Of a DNA stretch of 39,440 nucleotides, positions 1 to 9,497 are shown piece by piece. Source of the DNA: Desulfurobacteriaceae bacterium (lineage in GTDB: Bacteria; Aquificota; Aquificia; Desulfurobacteriales; Desulfurobacteriaceae). The stretch spans positions 1-39,440 of the forward strand of contig JBDOLX010000114.1 of NCBI GenBank assembly GCA_039832905.1, read 5' to 3'. The translations under genes and the position numbers were made by a program. The notes under the pieces were generated by a model. It was not told where the DNA came from. It saw nothing but the letters and a program-made list of their open reading frames with translations, and made no database searches. The first letter of the stretch is position 1. Every line of letters starts with the position of its first letter.

Positions 1-175
1 CGTCTCAGAACCCCCAATCCGTTAGCGAGAGAACGTCTCTTTTTCCAGTCTTAGAACTGTATTCCTGACTGATAGCAACAACAGTCAATCTGAAAGCAGA
101 ACAGAAAATTATAAGCCAAAACTTCTGCCGGTAGAAGTAATACTGATTGGCAGGAATGCTGATTGGCAGGCTGGA
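1..175. repeat. Conserved ~245-bp noncoding block, copy A' (3' part; continues from 39353..39440 across the window junction). Second copy at 36412..36652
   Basis: Alignment by eye of 39353-39440+1-175 with 36412-36652 (roughly 85-90% identity). Contains internally duplicated CCTCTATCYCGTCTSAGA, hairpin ACTTCTGCCGGTAGAAGT (119-138) and two direct CTGATTGGCAGG copies (144-170). Confidence 0.8.
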
Positions 176-224
176 CTGGTTTGCAATTGAATTCTAAAAG
201 TGTAAAGTAGAAATCAGAAATCAA

Positions 225-362
225 AAGTTGAAACTCAGTAGTAAGTAGTAAGTGCTTAGTAGTCAGTAGTGAGTAGTTACTACTTCCTTCTTAGTAGTAA
301 GTAGTAAGTTCTTAGTAGTAAGTAGTAAGTTCTTAGTAGTGAGTAGTGAGAACTGAGTAGTA
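225..362. repeat. Tandem array of about six ~21-bp units built from AGTAGTA/AGTAGTG heptamers (TAGTAGTAAGTAGTAAGTTCT and variants)
   Basis: Units are directly visible and contiguous with no spacers, so this is not CRISPR. The positionally equivalent array in the other module copy (36690-36890) uses a different unit. Confidence 0.8.
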
Positions 363-500
363 AGTAGTCAATTCTGAATTTAAATTTAGAAACTACAAAG
401 CCCTATATTATTAAAAGCAATATTACTTTTAATAGGAAAGTGCACAATATGTAATGTGCACATATACAGGATTATGTGCACATAATGTGCACATATATAG
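363..500. promoter_or_regulatory. Conserved segment with 24-bp near-palindrome ATTAAAAGCAATATTACTTTTAAT (410-433) followed by GTGCACA (440-446) and three ATGTGCACAT boxes (455-464, 474-483, 485-494)
   Basis: Same arrangement recurs at 36891-37010, where the palindrome is perfect. Palindromic boxes are typical protein-binding sites. Function unknown. Confidence 0.55.
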
Positions 501-736
501 AACCAACCAGCTCGGTTCTGACCAGTCTGCCAATTCTGGTAATTCTGATTTTTGAAAAGCGAAATGCACAAGTGCAAAGTGTAAAGTGTAAATGCAAAGA
601 GCAAAATGCAAATTGACATTCTGAATTTAAATTAAGAATTTAAGTTTCTAATTTCCCGTCTCTTCAAATAGCTGTATAAAGTTGTGTAAGGGACTTCAAG
701 AATCTTAGCAATAGATGCTACTGATACACCTTTTTT

Positions 737-1237
737 CTAAACTCTTCTATATTGGTCCTTGTATTTGTCTAGTCCAGAAGAATAGCTACCTTTAGGACGT
801 CCAAGGGGTTTACCTTTTGCTTTTCTTCTCCTTAAAGCTTCTTTTGTTCTTTGACTAATTAATTTCCTTTCTATTTCTGCAGTTATAGAAAAAGCCATAG
901 CAAAGACTTTGGATTGCAAATCATCTTTTAAGACTTGCTTGTTCTTTACAACGTGAAGTTCCACACATTTTCTTAACAGAATGGAAAGGATTTCCATAAT
1001 CTCCAGCATAGATCTACCGAGTCTGGAGAGTTCGGTAATAATCAAAACATTTCCTTTCGAAAGCATTAAGAATAAGATCTCCTACCTTTCTAACCTTTCA
1101 ACTTTTCCTACCACTTATAGTTTCTTCTATAATCTCAATATTTCCTAGCTTTTTCTCATTAGCATATCTAAGAATTTCAAATCTTTGGTTTTCAGTCTCT
1201 TGTCTATCTGTAGAAACTCTTATGTAAGCACAGACAT
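737..1237 (-). pseudogene. Serine recombinase (resolvase/invertase family) pseudogene; degraded paralog of the intact gene at 27986-28594
   Basis: The C-terminal 109 codons (737-1066) are ~95% identical in protein to residues 60-170 of the 202-aa resolvase. The upstream N-terminal region still aligns at DNA level, but ATGTCTGTGCTTACATAAGAG replaces ATGTCTACTTACGCTTATATAAGAG (frameshift and stop), and the Trp codon of ...RKSW... is TGA. Confidence 0.8.
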
Positions 1238-1335
1238 TCTCAGAAAACCTTACATGTATTCTAAATTCAAAGTACTTTACCTGTCTTAACGAGAGTTTAT
1301 ACTAAATAAAGATAACTCATCAAAGGGAGGGATAA

Positions 1336-2043
1336 ATGAAATTAACTACAAAAAAATTAAAGAAAATATTCGACAAATGTTTCTCTGAAATCGGTAGAGA
1401 AAAGAATAAAGATGTTCAATGGTATTTAAAGAAACGTCCTAAACGCATCACAAAACAAAGTTTTTTTGAACAAGCCGTATGGGCAATATGGGTAGCAGGA
1501 AAAACTCGTCGCAGTGCAGAAACATTCCTTAGTCGTGCAGAAGAAAAAGGATTTGTTTGGGACTTCACCACTATTGCCTCTTGGAACAAAGCACGTTTAA
1601 CTAAATTCATGGAAAAATTACATGGACGTCCCGTTCCTAAGGGTGCTCGCAAAAGATGGGAAGCGATCTACCAAATTGCTAAGCTTCTCAATAATTATTC
1701 AAATGAAGCGGAATTCCGCAAAGAATTCTTTAACGGAAAAATTAAAAGTGCCGAACTAGATAAAAACGATGTCAAAAATTTAGTCAAACTAGGTCTTCCA
1801 TTTATAAGAAAAGCAAATGCCAGTTTTATTCTCAGAAATATGGGAGGCGAATTTATCAAGCATGATCGATGGGTAGAAGCATTTTTACGGCATTACAATT
1901 TATCTTTAGATGATTTAGAAAAAATGCTTCAGACTTTAAATATTCCATTAGGTCTCTTTGACATTGTTATATGGGCTTACTGTGAAAAATTTATAGGCGA
2001 TACTAAAAAACTTAATGAACACTTTAAGCAAGCTTTTGGATAA
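1336..2043 (+). CDS. Hypothetical protein, 235 aa; weak resemblance to HhH-type DNA-3-methyladenine glycosylase I (Tag-like) fold
   Basis: Clean ORF with GGAGGG RBS 7 nt upstream. Segments WAIWVAGKTRRSAETF and LPFIRKANASFILRNMGGEFIKHDRWV resemble Tag/HhH-GPD helix-hairpin-helix regions. Similarity is judged by eye only. Confidence 0.45.
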   Translation: MKLTTKKLKKIFDKCFSEIGREKNKDVQWYLKKRPKRITKQSFFEQAVWAIWVAGKTRRSAETFLSRAEEKGFVWDFTTIASWNKARLTKFMEKLHGRPVPKGARKRWEAIYQIAKLLNNYSNEAEFRKEFFNGKIKSAELDKNDVKNLVKLGLPFIRKANASFILRNMGGEFIKHDRWVEAFLRHYNLSLDDLEKMLQTLNIPLGLFDIVIWAYCEKFIGDTKKLNEHFKQAFG

Positions 2044-2111
2044 AAAGATTACTTATAGCATTCATAGGAAGTTATAAAGATCCAATTTTTGGTTTAGTTC
2101 AAGGAGGGACT

Positions 2112-2363
2112 ATGATAACCAAAAAAGACAAACTTTCTTATATTGAGGGTCAAATTAAAATGCAAGTATCTGACCTAGAGAAAGCATTTGAAATCATTAA
2201 GAAATATAAGGTTGATGTGAAAATTTCCATAAAAGAAAAAACTATCGAAATAGAATTAGGTTCCTTATCATCTACCCTCACAGTTAAAGATTTAATCTCA
2301 ATGCTTCAAGAACTAGAACCTCTCTGCGTACCTTTAGAACGACCAATAGTCGATATTTTTTAA
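2112..2363 (+). CDS. Small hypothetical protein (83 aa), paralog of the next gene
   Basis: AAGGAGGG RBS; shares YIEGxIKMQVSDLEKAFEIIKKY and LISMLQEL with the 2399-2704 product. Confidence 0.6.
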   Translation: MITKKDKLSYIEGQIKMQVSDLEKAFEIIKKYKVDVKISIKEKTIEIELGSLSSTLTVKDLISMLQELEPLCVPLERPIVDIF

Positions 2364-2398
2364 AATAGAAAATCAAGCTTAAAATAGAGGCACTATCA

Positions 2399-2704
2399 GT
2401 GATCAAATGGAAAAACGAAAAAAGAAAACCCACCTACATAGAAGGCTGGCTTAGAATACAGATATCTGATGTAGAAAAAGCATTAAGAACTATAGAAAAA
2501 TATAACCTTAAAGCTTACATCCACACTAAAAAGGGAAATACTTGCGAAATTGACCTAAACTCTACTTCCTTCTCAATTAAAGAATTAATTTCAATGCTTC
2601 AAGAACTTAGTTCTATTTGCATACCTTTAGACTCAATAGCTAACATATTAAAAGAATTAGAAGAAGATGATGATAAACCCGAAAATAACAGCTGGCTAAC
2701 CTAA
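2399..2704 (+). CDS. Small hypothetical protein (101 aa, GTG start), tandem paralog of 2112-2363 with acidic C-terminal tail
   Basis: Paralogy to the preceding ORF (YIEGWLRIQISDVEKALRTIEKY, LISMLQEL). The start codon is uncertain. Confidence 0.5.
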   Translation: MIKWKNEKRKPTYIEGWLRIQISDVEKALRTIEKYNLKAYIHTKKGNTCEIDLNSTSFSIKELISMLQELSSICIPLDSIANILKELEEDDDKPENNSWLT

Positions 2705-2748
2705 TCTATGAAACTTCAGAATTCCAAAAATAAATTTTGGAATAATCC

Positions 2749-2770
2749 ATTGTTTGAAAGCACGCACTTC
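2749..2770. repeat. Solitary copy (19/22 match) of the 22-bp oriV iteron (ATTGTTTGAAAGCACGCACTTC)
   Basis: Compare CTTGTTTGAAAGCACGCACTCT repeated 4x at 37406-37493. Lies 80 bp upstream of the methyltransferase ORF. Confidence 0.6.
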
Positions 2771-2847
2771 CTTTTCTGAAGAGAAGAACTTTTTGTAACT
2801 GGAAGTTTTGCGATAATTCCTTGAAAAGATGGTCGTAGGTTTTCCGT

Positions 2848-3471
2848 ATGATAAAAGAAATAAAACAGACAATAGAATTTTACAATCAGTATGCAGAGAA
2901 ACTGATAGAAAAATACGAAAAAGCAGAACCTAAGAAACTTCAAACTTTCATATTGAAATCGCTTCCTGGTAGAGAATCTAAAATTTTAGAAATAGGATTT
3001 GGATCAGGACGAGAACTAAAGTTTTTAATGGAGAATGGTTATCAAGTTTGGGGAGTAGATGGTGCAATAGAGTTTGTTAAGTTGGCAAAAAAGAGATTTC
3101 CTGAGATATCTAATCGTTTTTTCCACGCTTGTCTTCCAGATTTAAATCTTCCTTCTAACTATCTCAAGTTTTTTGATGTAATTATTTCTATCGCGGTTTT
3201 AATGCATATTCCAAAAAGGTTTTATAGACAAATTGCTAAGAACTTGGCTAAGTATCTAAAAGATGATGGTGTAGTAATTTTGAGTTATAGCTTAACTCCT
3301 CGAGAAGAAAGAGAAAGATTTTTTGAAAGGATGGATCCGAAAGATGTTTTGGAAGCCTTTTTAGCTGAAGGTTTTAGAAAAGAAGATGAACTAAAAACAT
3401 CGGATGCTTTCTTAGAAAGAAGGGATATCCTGTGGATTACAGAGGTATATAGACTTGAAAGAAAAGATTGA
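2848..3471 (+). CDS. Class I SAM-dependent methyltransferase (small-molecule type, not a DNA MTase)
   Basis: Motif I ILEIGFGSGRE; overall ~200-aa Rossmann MTase layout. No DPPY/NPPY or cytosine-C5 motifs. Confidence 0.7.
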   Translation: MIKEIKQTIEFYNQYAEKLIEKYEKAEPKKLQTFILKSLPGRESKILEIGFGSGRELKFLMENGYQVWGVDGAIEFVKLAKKRFPEISNRFFHACLPDLNLPSNYLKFFDVIISIAVLMHIPKRFYRQIAKNLAKYLKDDGVVILSYSLTPREERERFFERMDPKDVLEAFLAEGFRKEDELKTSDAFLERRDILWITEVYRLERKD

Positions 3472-4021
3472 CATTGAGTATCTGATAAAGGTTAACAAAG
3501 TCATAGAACGGGAAAGGAAAAGCAGTACTTATAAGCTTGCCCTTATGTAGATGTAAAATCTTCAACAGACCTATAGATGTTCATTTAATAGGTGATCTTG
3601 CTTGGTTTTGAACTTCTGGGACCGAATAACTTTCTTTAATCCTGTTTTTCTTGAGTGCGTGTTTTCAAACAAGCAAGGGCTTCTTTCACAAGGAGGGATT
3701 TCACTGTTTGTGATTTTTGATTGTTTTTGAGAACGGTAATAGAAATTAAAAAAGATATATTTGAATGTATTCTATATGTAAATAGCATATAAATAGTGTA
3801 TGCTTTATGTATACTTTCTACACTTAAGATAGATACTCAGTTTATTATGGAGAAACTTTGTTTATAGTTCCTAAAGAGAGAATAAGAATCTTAGGAAAAT
3901 CTATAAAAGAAACTTCAGAAAGGATTTCTAGCTGGATATTTGGAAAATAGAAAGAAAAAAAAGAACTTAGGAAAGAGAAATCCTCTCCAGAATGGTTCAG
4001 TTTATCTTGTTTGTGGAAAAT

Positions 4022-4234
4022 CTATAGTATTCCTTCTCGTTTAAGAAGCATTCTAACAAGAGTAGAGGCTGAAACTCCGTGTTCCTCAGCATACTGGTTA
4101 ACTTTTTCTTTTTCTTCTCTTGAAAGATATACAGCGAGATATGTTTCACTTCTTTTTCTTTTGCCTTTTTTAGAAGTGACATTCTTTTTTAAATCTGCTT
4201 CTTGAAGAAACTCATCCATTCTCTTGAAGCCCAT
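4022..4234 (-). CDS. Ribbon-helix-helix centromere-binding protein (ParG-like partner of ParA)
   Basis: 70 aa; basic N-terminal tail followed by RHH pattern TYLAVYLSREEKEKVNQYAEEHGVSASTLVRML. Lies directly downstream of parA, the type Ib gene order. Confidence 0.65.
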   Translation of the reverse strand: MGFKRMDEFLQEADLKKNVTSKKGKRKRSETYLAVYLSREEKEKVNQYAEEHGVSASTLVRMLLKREGIL

Positions 4235-4291
4235 GGTTACATCTCCTGTATGTTTATTATGTATTTATACTGTATGCAAAATATATGTATT

Positions 4292-4924
4292 TTACATGTC
4301 ACTTACAATTAGACTATCTATTTCTTTAATAAGCGTTTTTATTTCACGACACGCTTTAGAATTGGGGTTATACTCACAAACTGAAAGACCGTTTTGATAG
4401 GATCTTTTGTAATCTACGCGACGAAAAATTTTAGAGTTAAAGATTTTGAAAGTAGGAGAGGATTCTACAAACTTTTTTAACTCTATAATTTCCGAAAGGC
4501 TTCTTGCATCTGCATTGTTTATTAAAACATACACGTTTAAGTTAGGATTATACTTTCTTGCTTTTTCTACCACTTTCTCAAATTTTTGTAGACCAAAAAT
4601 TTCTATCTGACTAGGAGATACAGGAGTAATAACCATATCTGAAACAACTAGAGCAAATCTGTTAAGGTCATTATCGTAACCACCACTATCTATAAGAAGC
4701 TTCTCATTCTTCCTTTCCTGCAAAATCGTTTTTATATCCTCAAGAGTTTCAGGAGTAAATACTTGTAATAATTTTCCTTGTTCCCTTTCCCGAATTTTTG
4801 AGAAAAGATAACAAGAGTGCTGACTGTCCAGGTCTATAATCGGAACCTGCATTTCTACAGCGAGGTTGACTGCTATTGTTGACTTACCTACTCCTCCCTT
4901 TTGATGGGCTACGGTAATTATCAT
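4292..4924 (-). CDS. parA: ParA/ParF-type partition ATPase (small type Ib)
   Basis: Deviant Walker A KGGVGKST at residues 9-16; 210 aa. Followed by an RHH protein, with a repeat-rich upstream region at 5040-5320. Confidence 0.85.
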   Translation of the reverse strand: MIITVAHQKGGVGKSTIAVNLAVEMQVPIIDLDSQHSCYLFSKIREREQGKLLQVFTPETLEDIKTILQERKNEKLLIDSGGYDNDLNRFALVVSDMVITPVSPSQIEIFGLQKFEKVVEKARKYNPNLNVYVLINNADARSLSEIIELKKFVESSPTFKIFNSKIFRRVDYKRSYQNGLSVCEYNPNSKACREIKTLIKEIDSLIVSDM

Positions 4925-5084
4925 GGATAACTCCTGAATTTAAAATTTAGTCATTGCACTTACAAGTATACCACATATAATAAGCATGTTGTATAGATAC
5001 TTTTTATATGTGAAATACATATATAAAACATATAAGTTTCGAACAACTATTTTCTTTCTCCTTAAAACAACGGTAAATGGGAAT

Positions 5085-5260
5085 CGAAACTTTTGCCGGC
5101 AGAAGTTTTGTTGATTGGCAAATTGAAATAGTCTGTTTTAAAGGTGAGAATAGGAATGAAAGATAAAGTAGAAAGGGAAAAATTGAGGCTTGATAGTTGA
5201 TGTTTGAGGACTGGTAGTTGATGTTTGAAGGTTGAGAATTGGAGGTTGAATAGGGAATTA
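5085..5260. promoter_or_regulatory. Candidate centromere/promoter region of parA
   Basis: Hairpin AACTTTTGCCGGCAGAAGTT (5088-5107) followed by TTGTTGATTGGCAAATTG. Direct repeats TAGTTGATGTTTGAGG / TAGTTGATGTTTGAAGG and GGTTGA(G/A) units at 5190-5260. The hairpin+TGATTGGCA unit also occurs at 119-170 and 36592-36650. Confidence 0.45.
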
Positions 5261-5337
5261 AACTGTAAAGTTTCCGTAGAAGGAATTTGTTTGAAGGCAT
5301 ACATTAGCAGAATCTTAACCATAAGTTGAGGGGAGTT

Positions 5338-7382
5338 ATGGCTTTAAAGGATTTAGAGTTACCTTTTTGTATGAATACCTCAGAGAATGATTTAGTAAAG
5401 GAATTCTTTATTCCCTTATTAAAAAACTCTATCGAATATAAGAGGGGAGTGGGTTTTTTCTCTTCTGGATGGTTTAAAGTGGTGTCAGAGGGAATAATCA
5501 ATCTTGTTCTAAATGGTGGAAGAATTAGACTTATAACAAGTCCTATTCTTTCAAAAGAAGACTATGAAGCCTTAATAAAGGGAACACAAGCAGCACGGGA
5601 TAGAAAGCTTTATGAAGCTATTTTGTTTTCCATAAAAGATTTAAAAGAATCTCTTGAAGAAGATACTTTATCAGCTATTGCTTGGATGATTGCAGACGGA
5701 ATAATGGAGATAAAGTTGGCAGTTCCAAGAAATAATTTAACAGGAGATTTTCATGATAAATTCGGTATTTTCATCGACAGCGAAGGAAACAAAGTAGCTT
5801 TTTCCGGTTCACCAAATGAAAGTATACAAGGTATGCATAATTACGAATCTATAAAAATTTTCCCTTCATGGAGAGATCTTACATCAAAAGAAATTGCTGA
5901 AGCTGAGGATTGTAGATTTGAATTACTATGGAACGATAAAGATCCAAATTTAAAAGTTTTTTCAATCCCAGAGGCAGCAAGAAAGGAGATTCTTAAGTTA
6001 AGGACAAAAAAAAGACCTTACAAAAAAGAAGTAATCTTAAGTGCATTTAAAGAAAATAACTTACCTGTTCTAAGAAATTATCAAAAAGAAGCGGTTAGTA
6101 AGTGGGTTAGTAATAACTTTCAAGGCATATTTGAGATGGCAACAGGAACGGGAAAAACTTTTACTTCCTTGTTTGCAATAAATGAATTTATTAAACATTC
6201 AAAGCGAAACTTAATAGTAATTATAGTTCCTTTTGTTCACTTAATAGATCAGTGGGAGAAAAACGTTAAGTTACTGTTTAAAGATCCTATTAAATGCTGC
6301 GGTTCGAAAAACAAATGGTTATCAGTGTTGAGAGACAAAATTTTGATACAAAATAAGGGGGATATAGAAAACTTAGTCGTTATTTCTACCATACAAACAG
6401 CTATTAAAGATTACTTTCTTGAGGTTATTCGTAAAGCTTCTGGTAATAGTCTAATCGTTATTGATGAAGTTCACTATGCTGGTGCACCTGAATTTTCAAA
6501 AATACTTGATCCATTCTTTAAAGCTCGTATCGGCTTGTCTGCTACTCCGGTTAGAATGTGGGATGAAATTGGAACTGAGAAATTGGAGGAATATTTTGGT
6601 GGTGTTGTTTATCGCTTTCCTTTAGGAAGGGCTATTCAGGAAGGTTTTCTAACTCCTTACGAGTATCATCCTATTTTAGTTGAACTTACAGAGGAAGAGT
6701 TTGAAGAATATCAACTGTATTCAGAAAAAATAGCCAAGTTGCTTGCCCGCGAAAGTTTATCTGAAGAAGAAAAGAGTAAGAGGTTAGAACATATTCTCAT
6801 TAGTAGAGCTAATCTTTTAAATAGGGCAAAAAATAAGTTAAAGGCTTTAGAGAAATTAATAGTTCAGAATAGACTCATTAAATACAGTATTTTTTATTGT
6901 GATCCTTTACAAATTGAAGAAGTTTCTAGTATACTTAGAAAATATAATATAGTTATTTCTAAATTTACAGCTAAAGAAACAAAAGAACAGCTAAAGAAAC
7001 AAAAGAAGAAAGAAAGCTAATCTTAAGTAAATTTGAGGCAGGAGAAATAGAAGCTTTGGTTGCAATGAAGTGTTTAGATGAGGGAGTGGATGTTCCTGCT
7101 ACACAATATGCATATTTCCTGTCTAGTAGCACGAACTCACGACAGTTTATTCAACGAAGGGGAAGAATCTTACGCAAATTTAAGGGAAAAGAAAAAGCAG
7201 TAATATTTGATTTTATCACCGTTCCTCCTAAAGACCGCGAAATTTCACCAGTTACCCGTAAAATCTTATCTAGAGAGTTCAAGAGATTTAGAGAATTTGC
7301 TTCATATGCAGTTAATAAGTATAGGGCTAAAAAGGAAATACTTGATGTTGCAAAGAGATATCACCTTTTAGATGAGGTTTAA
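5338..7382 (+). pseudogene. PLD-family nuclease / SF2 (DEAD/DEAH-like) helicase fusion, interrupted by a 20-bp tandem duplication (6968-7007) that shifts frame. ORF fragments 5338-7020 and 7056-7382
   Basis: N-terminus has an HxK...GSxN-like motif (HDKFGIFIDSEGNKVAFSGSPNES). Helicase motifs I MATGTGKT, II DEVH, III SATP in the first ORF; motif V LDEGVDVP and motif VI QRRGRILR in the second ORF. Removing one copy of CAGCTAAAGAAACAAAAGAA restores an uninterrupted ...KETKEERKLILSKFEAGEIEALVAMKCLDEGVDVP... reading. Likely ATG start at 5338 after a GAGGGGAG RBS; the ORF track starts at TTG 5326. Confidence 0.8.
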
Positions 7383-7546
7383 AATGAACTTTGAAAGAAT
7401 AAAAAAAGAAATAGAGACAAAAGATTTAATTGTGATAAAGGCTTTGCTTGAAATTTTAGAGGTTGAAGAAAAAAAGATAGGGCTACAGAGACCCAAAGGA
7501 ATAAAAGACGATATAAGAAAAATTTTTGATCGCTGGGGAAAGGAAT

Positions 7547-9493
7547 ATGATCCTGAAGAAAGTTAAGGTTAAGAACTTCAGACAATATTATGGTGAACAA
7601 GAACTAGAGTTCTCTACGGATCCAGAAAAGAATATTACCTTAATCTATGGAAAAAATGGTGCAGGAAAAACTTCTCTTTTTATGGGTATAAACTAGGTTC
7701 TCTATGGTTCGTCAGAGGTAAAAATAGAAGGTAAAAAAGTTAATAAGAAGGCAATAGATGAAGCAAAAGAAAAGGGTGAAGAGTTTGTAGAATCAGAAGT
7801 TGTTCTTACTTTTTCTCATGAAGGGATTGATTATCAAATAAAGCGAAAAGTGGTGTACGATGTAAAAGAGGATATTGAACATCCGGAAGAAGTGCAGATG
7901 GAGAAGATTTTTCCAAAAGTTGATGAAATATCAAATTCGTTGATAGCCTTAAATCCTATATTACCCCCAAATGTTCGAAGTTACTTTTTCTTTGACGGGG
8001 AAAAGATAGATGAATTTTCTAAACCTGATCACGACAAGGAAGTAAAGGAAGCTGTATACAAGGTTCTTGGTATTACTTTGATAGAACGGGCGATATCTCA
8101 TGTAAGAGATATTTTAAGAGAATATAACAAGGAACTGGCAAAAAAATCCTCGGGTAGATTGAGGGAGTTAAGAGAAAAATACAATGATGTTTTACAAGAA
8201 AAAGAAAATTTAGAAAACGAATTGAAGGAAGCAAAAGAAGAAAGGGAAGCACTGGAAGCTAACATAAGGGAGGTGAAGAGTAGGCTTAGGGAAATAGAAG
8301 AAATCCAACACTTGATAGAAAGGAGAGATGCTTTAGAAAGTAAATTAACAAGTATGGAGTTGGAACTTTCCAAAATCTATTCAAAACTTAGGAAAGTAAT
8401 CAATAAAAGTTTCCTTTTAATAGGTAGTATTTCTATAGAAGAGGCTTATGAAATACTAAGTAAGGAAATAAAAAATTCTGCTGATATTCCTAAGAAGTTT
8501 TTATCAAAGTTAATAGAGAAAATCTTAGAAGAAAAGGAATGTATATGTGGTTCAGCATTAACTCCGGAAATGAGAAGAAAACTTATAATGAAAAAAGCGG
8601 AAATTGCCCAAATGGCGAAAAGTGATAAGACAGAAGAAATAGTAAGTTCCATTATTGCAGAAATTTCAGGATTGAAGAGTAAAAAGGAAACTATACATAG
8701 TGAATTAATTTCTCTTTTTAGTGAGAAAATGAGATTAATGGATAAGATTCAGAAAACCTATGAGGCTTTAGATGAAGTGGATCAGCAGTTAAGTAAAAAT
8801 GAGTTGGAAGATGTAAGAAAACTTCAAGGTTTACTTGAAGAATATACAAAAGATTTGGGAAGATATACTCAAAAGATAGAAAGCATAGAGGAAAAAATAA
8901 AGGAAAAAAATGAAGAAATATTGTTCCTACAGAAGGAGATTAGTAAGGAAGAAAAGAAAGAGAGAGAAACTAATGAATTAACTAGGAAGAAGAATCTAGC
9001 GCAGGCAGTTTTACATCAACTGGAGACTCTCTATGAAAAGTTGTCTTTCAACTTAAGAAAAGAGATAGAAAGTGAAGCTACAAAGATATTTAAGAAGTTG
9101 ATTAGGAAAAAGGAATTCTTTAAACGTATAGAACTTTCTGAAGACTATCTCCTTAAGCTTATAGATGCCTTTGAAGATAGAGAATCTAAAAGAGAACTTT
9201 CTGCTGGAGAAAGACAAGTATTAAGTTTAGCTTTCATATTAGCATTGGCAAAAGTATCAAAGAAAGAAGCTCCTGTAGTTATGGATACTCCTTTTGGTAG
9301 ATTGGATCCAGAGCATAGAAGTAATATTCTTCAAGAGATTCCCTATTTAACACGTCAGCTTGTTCTTTTTGTAACTCCTTCAGAAATGACAGAGTCTCTT
9401 AAATTGCTTATACAAGATAAAGTAGGAAAGGAGTATGAACTTGATTTTAATGAACAGGAAAAATATACAAAAATTGTTCCTTTAGAGAGGTAG
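7547..9493 (+). pseudogene. DndD-like SMC/ABC-family ATPase (648 codons) with a single in-frame TAG at 7694-7696. The annotated 547-aa ORF (7850-9493) lacks the Walker A segment
   Basis: ATG 7547 preceded by an AAAGGA RBS. MILKKVKVKNFRQYYGEQELEFSTDPEKNITLIYGKNGAGKTSLFMGIN-stop-VLYGSSE... gives a Walker A GKNGAGKTS. Continuous frame into 7850-9493. Long coiled-coil middle. C-terminus LSAGERQVLSLAFILALAKV...VMDTPFGRLDPEHR resembles the DndD signature (DTPLGRLD). Confidence 0.75.
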
Positions 9494-9497
9494 ATTT

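Noticed and set aside
1-60. tRNA or tmRNA within the conserved block (CGTCTCAGAACCCCCAATCCGTTAGCGAGAGAACGTCTC)
   Set aside because: There is only a short imperfect stem (CGTCTC/GAGAACG). No acceptor/T-arm cloverleaf can be drawn by eye and there is no 3' CCA context, so a small regulatory RNA remains the only RNA-like possibility.
225-362. CRISPR array?
   Set aside because: Repeat units are 7-21 bp and directly contiguous with no unique spacers. The same is true for 36690-36890. No cas genes are present.
386-619. ORFs 386-619(-) and 429-611(-), 77 and 60 aa
   Set aside because: They lie entirely within the palindrome and GTGCAC-box noncoding module. The translations are low-complexity (repeated MCTLH/CAHN derived from GTGCACAT boxes), and the two ORFs overlap each other in different frames.
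2848-3471. Restriction-modification methyltransferases (this ORF and 25127-25936)
   Set aside because: Both have small-molecule class I MTase layouts (the latter Tam-like). Neither has DPPY/NPPY or cytosine-C5 motifs, and there are no adjacent restriction endonuclease genes.
3997-4205. ORFs 3997-4182(-) and 4011-4205(+)
   Set aside because: They overlap the better-supported RHH parG-like ORF (4022-4234, minus strand) in other frames.
7372-7566. 64-aa ORF between the helicase remnant and the ATPase start
   Set aside because: It overlaps the last codons of the helicase gene and the RBS/start of the ATPase gene. There is no independent RBS, so it is probably fortuitous. It is kept out of the feature list.
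8098-8652. Antisense ORFs inside the DndD-like ATPase and other K/E-rich genes (8098-8373, 8446-8652, 13252-13554, 14331-14570, 17199-18041, 21598-22019 and similar)
   Set aside because: They are serine/leucine/phenylalanine-rich antisense translations of GAA/AAG-rich coding sequence, fully nested in well-supported genes on the opposite strand.
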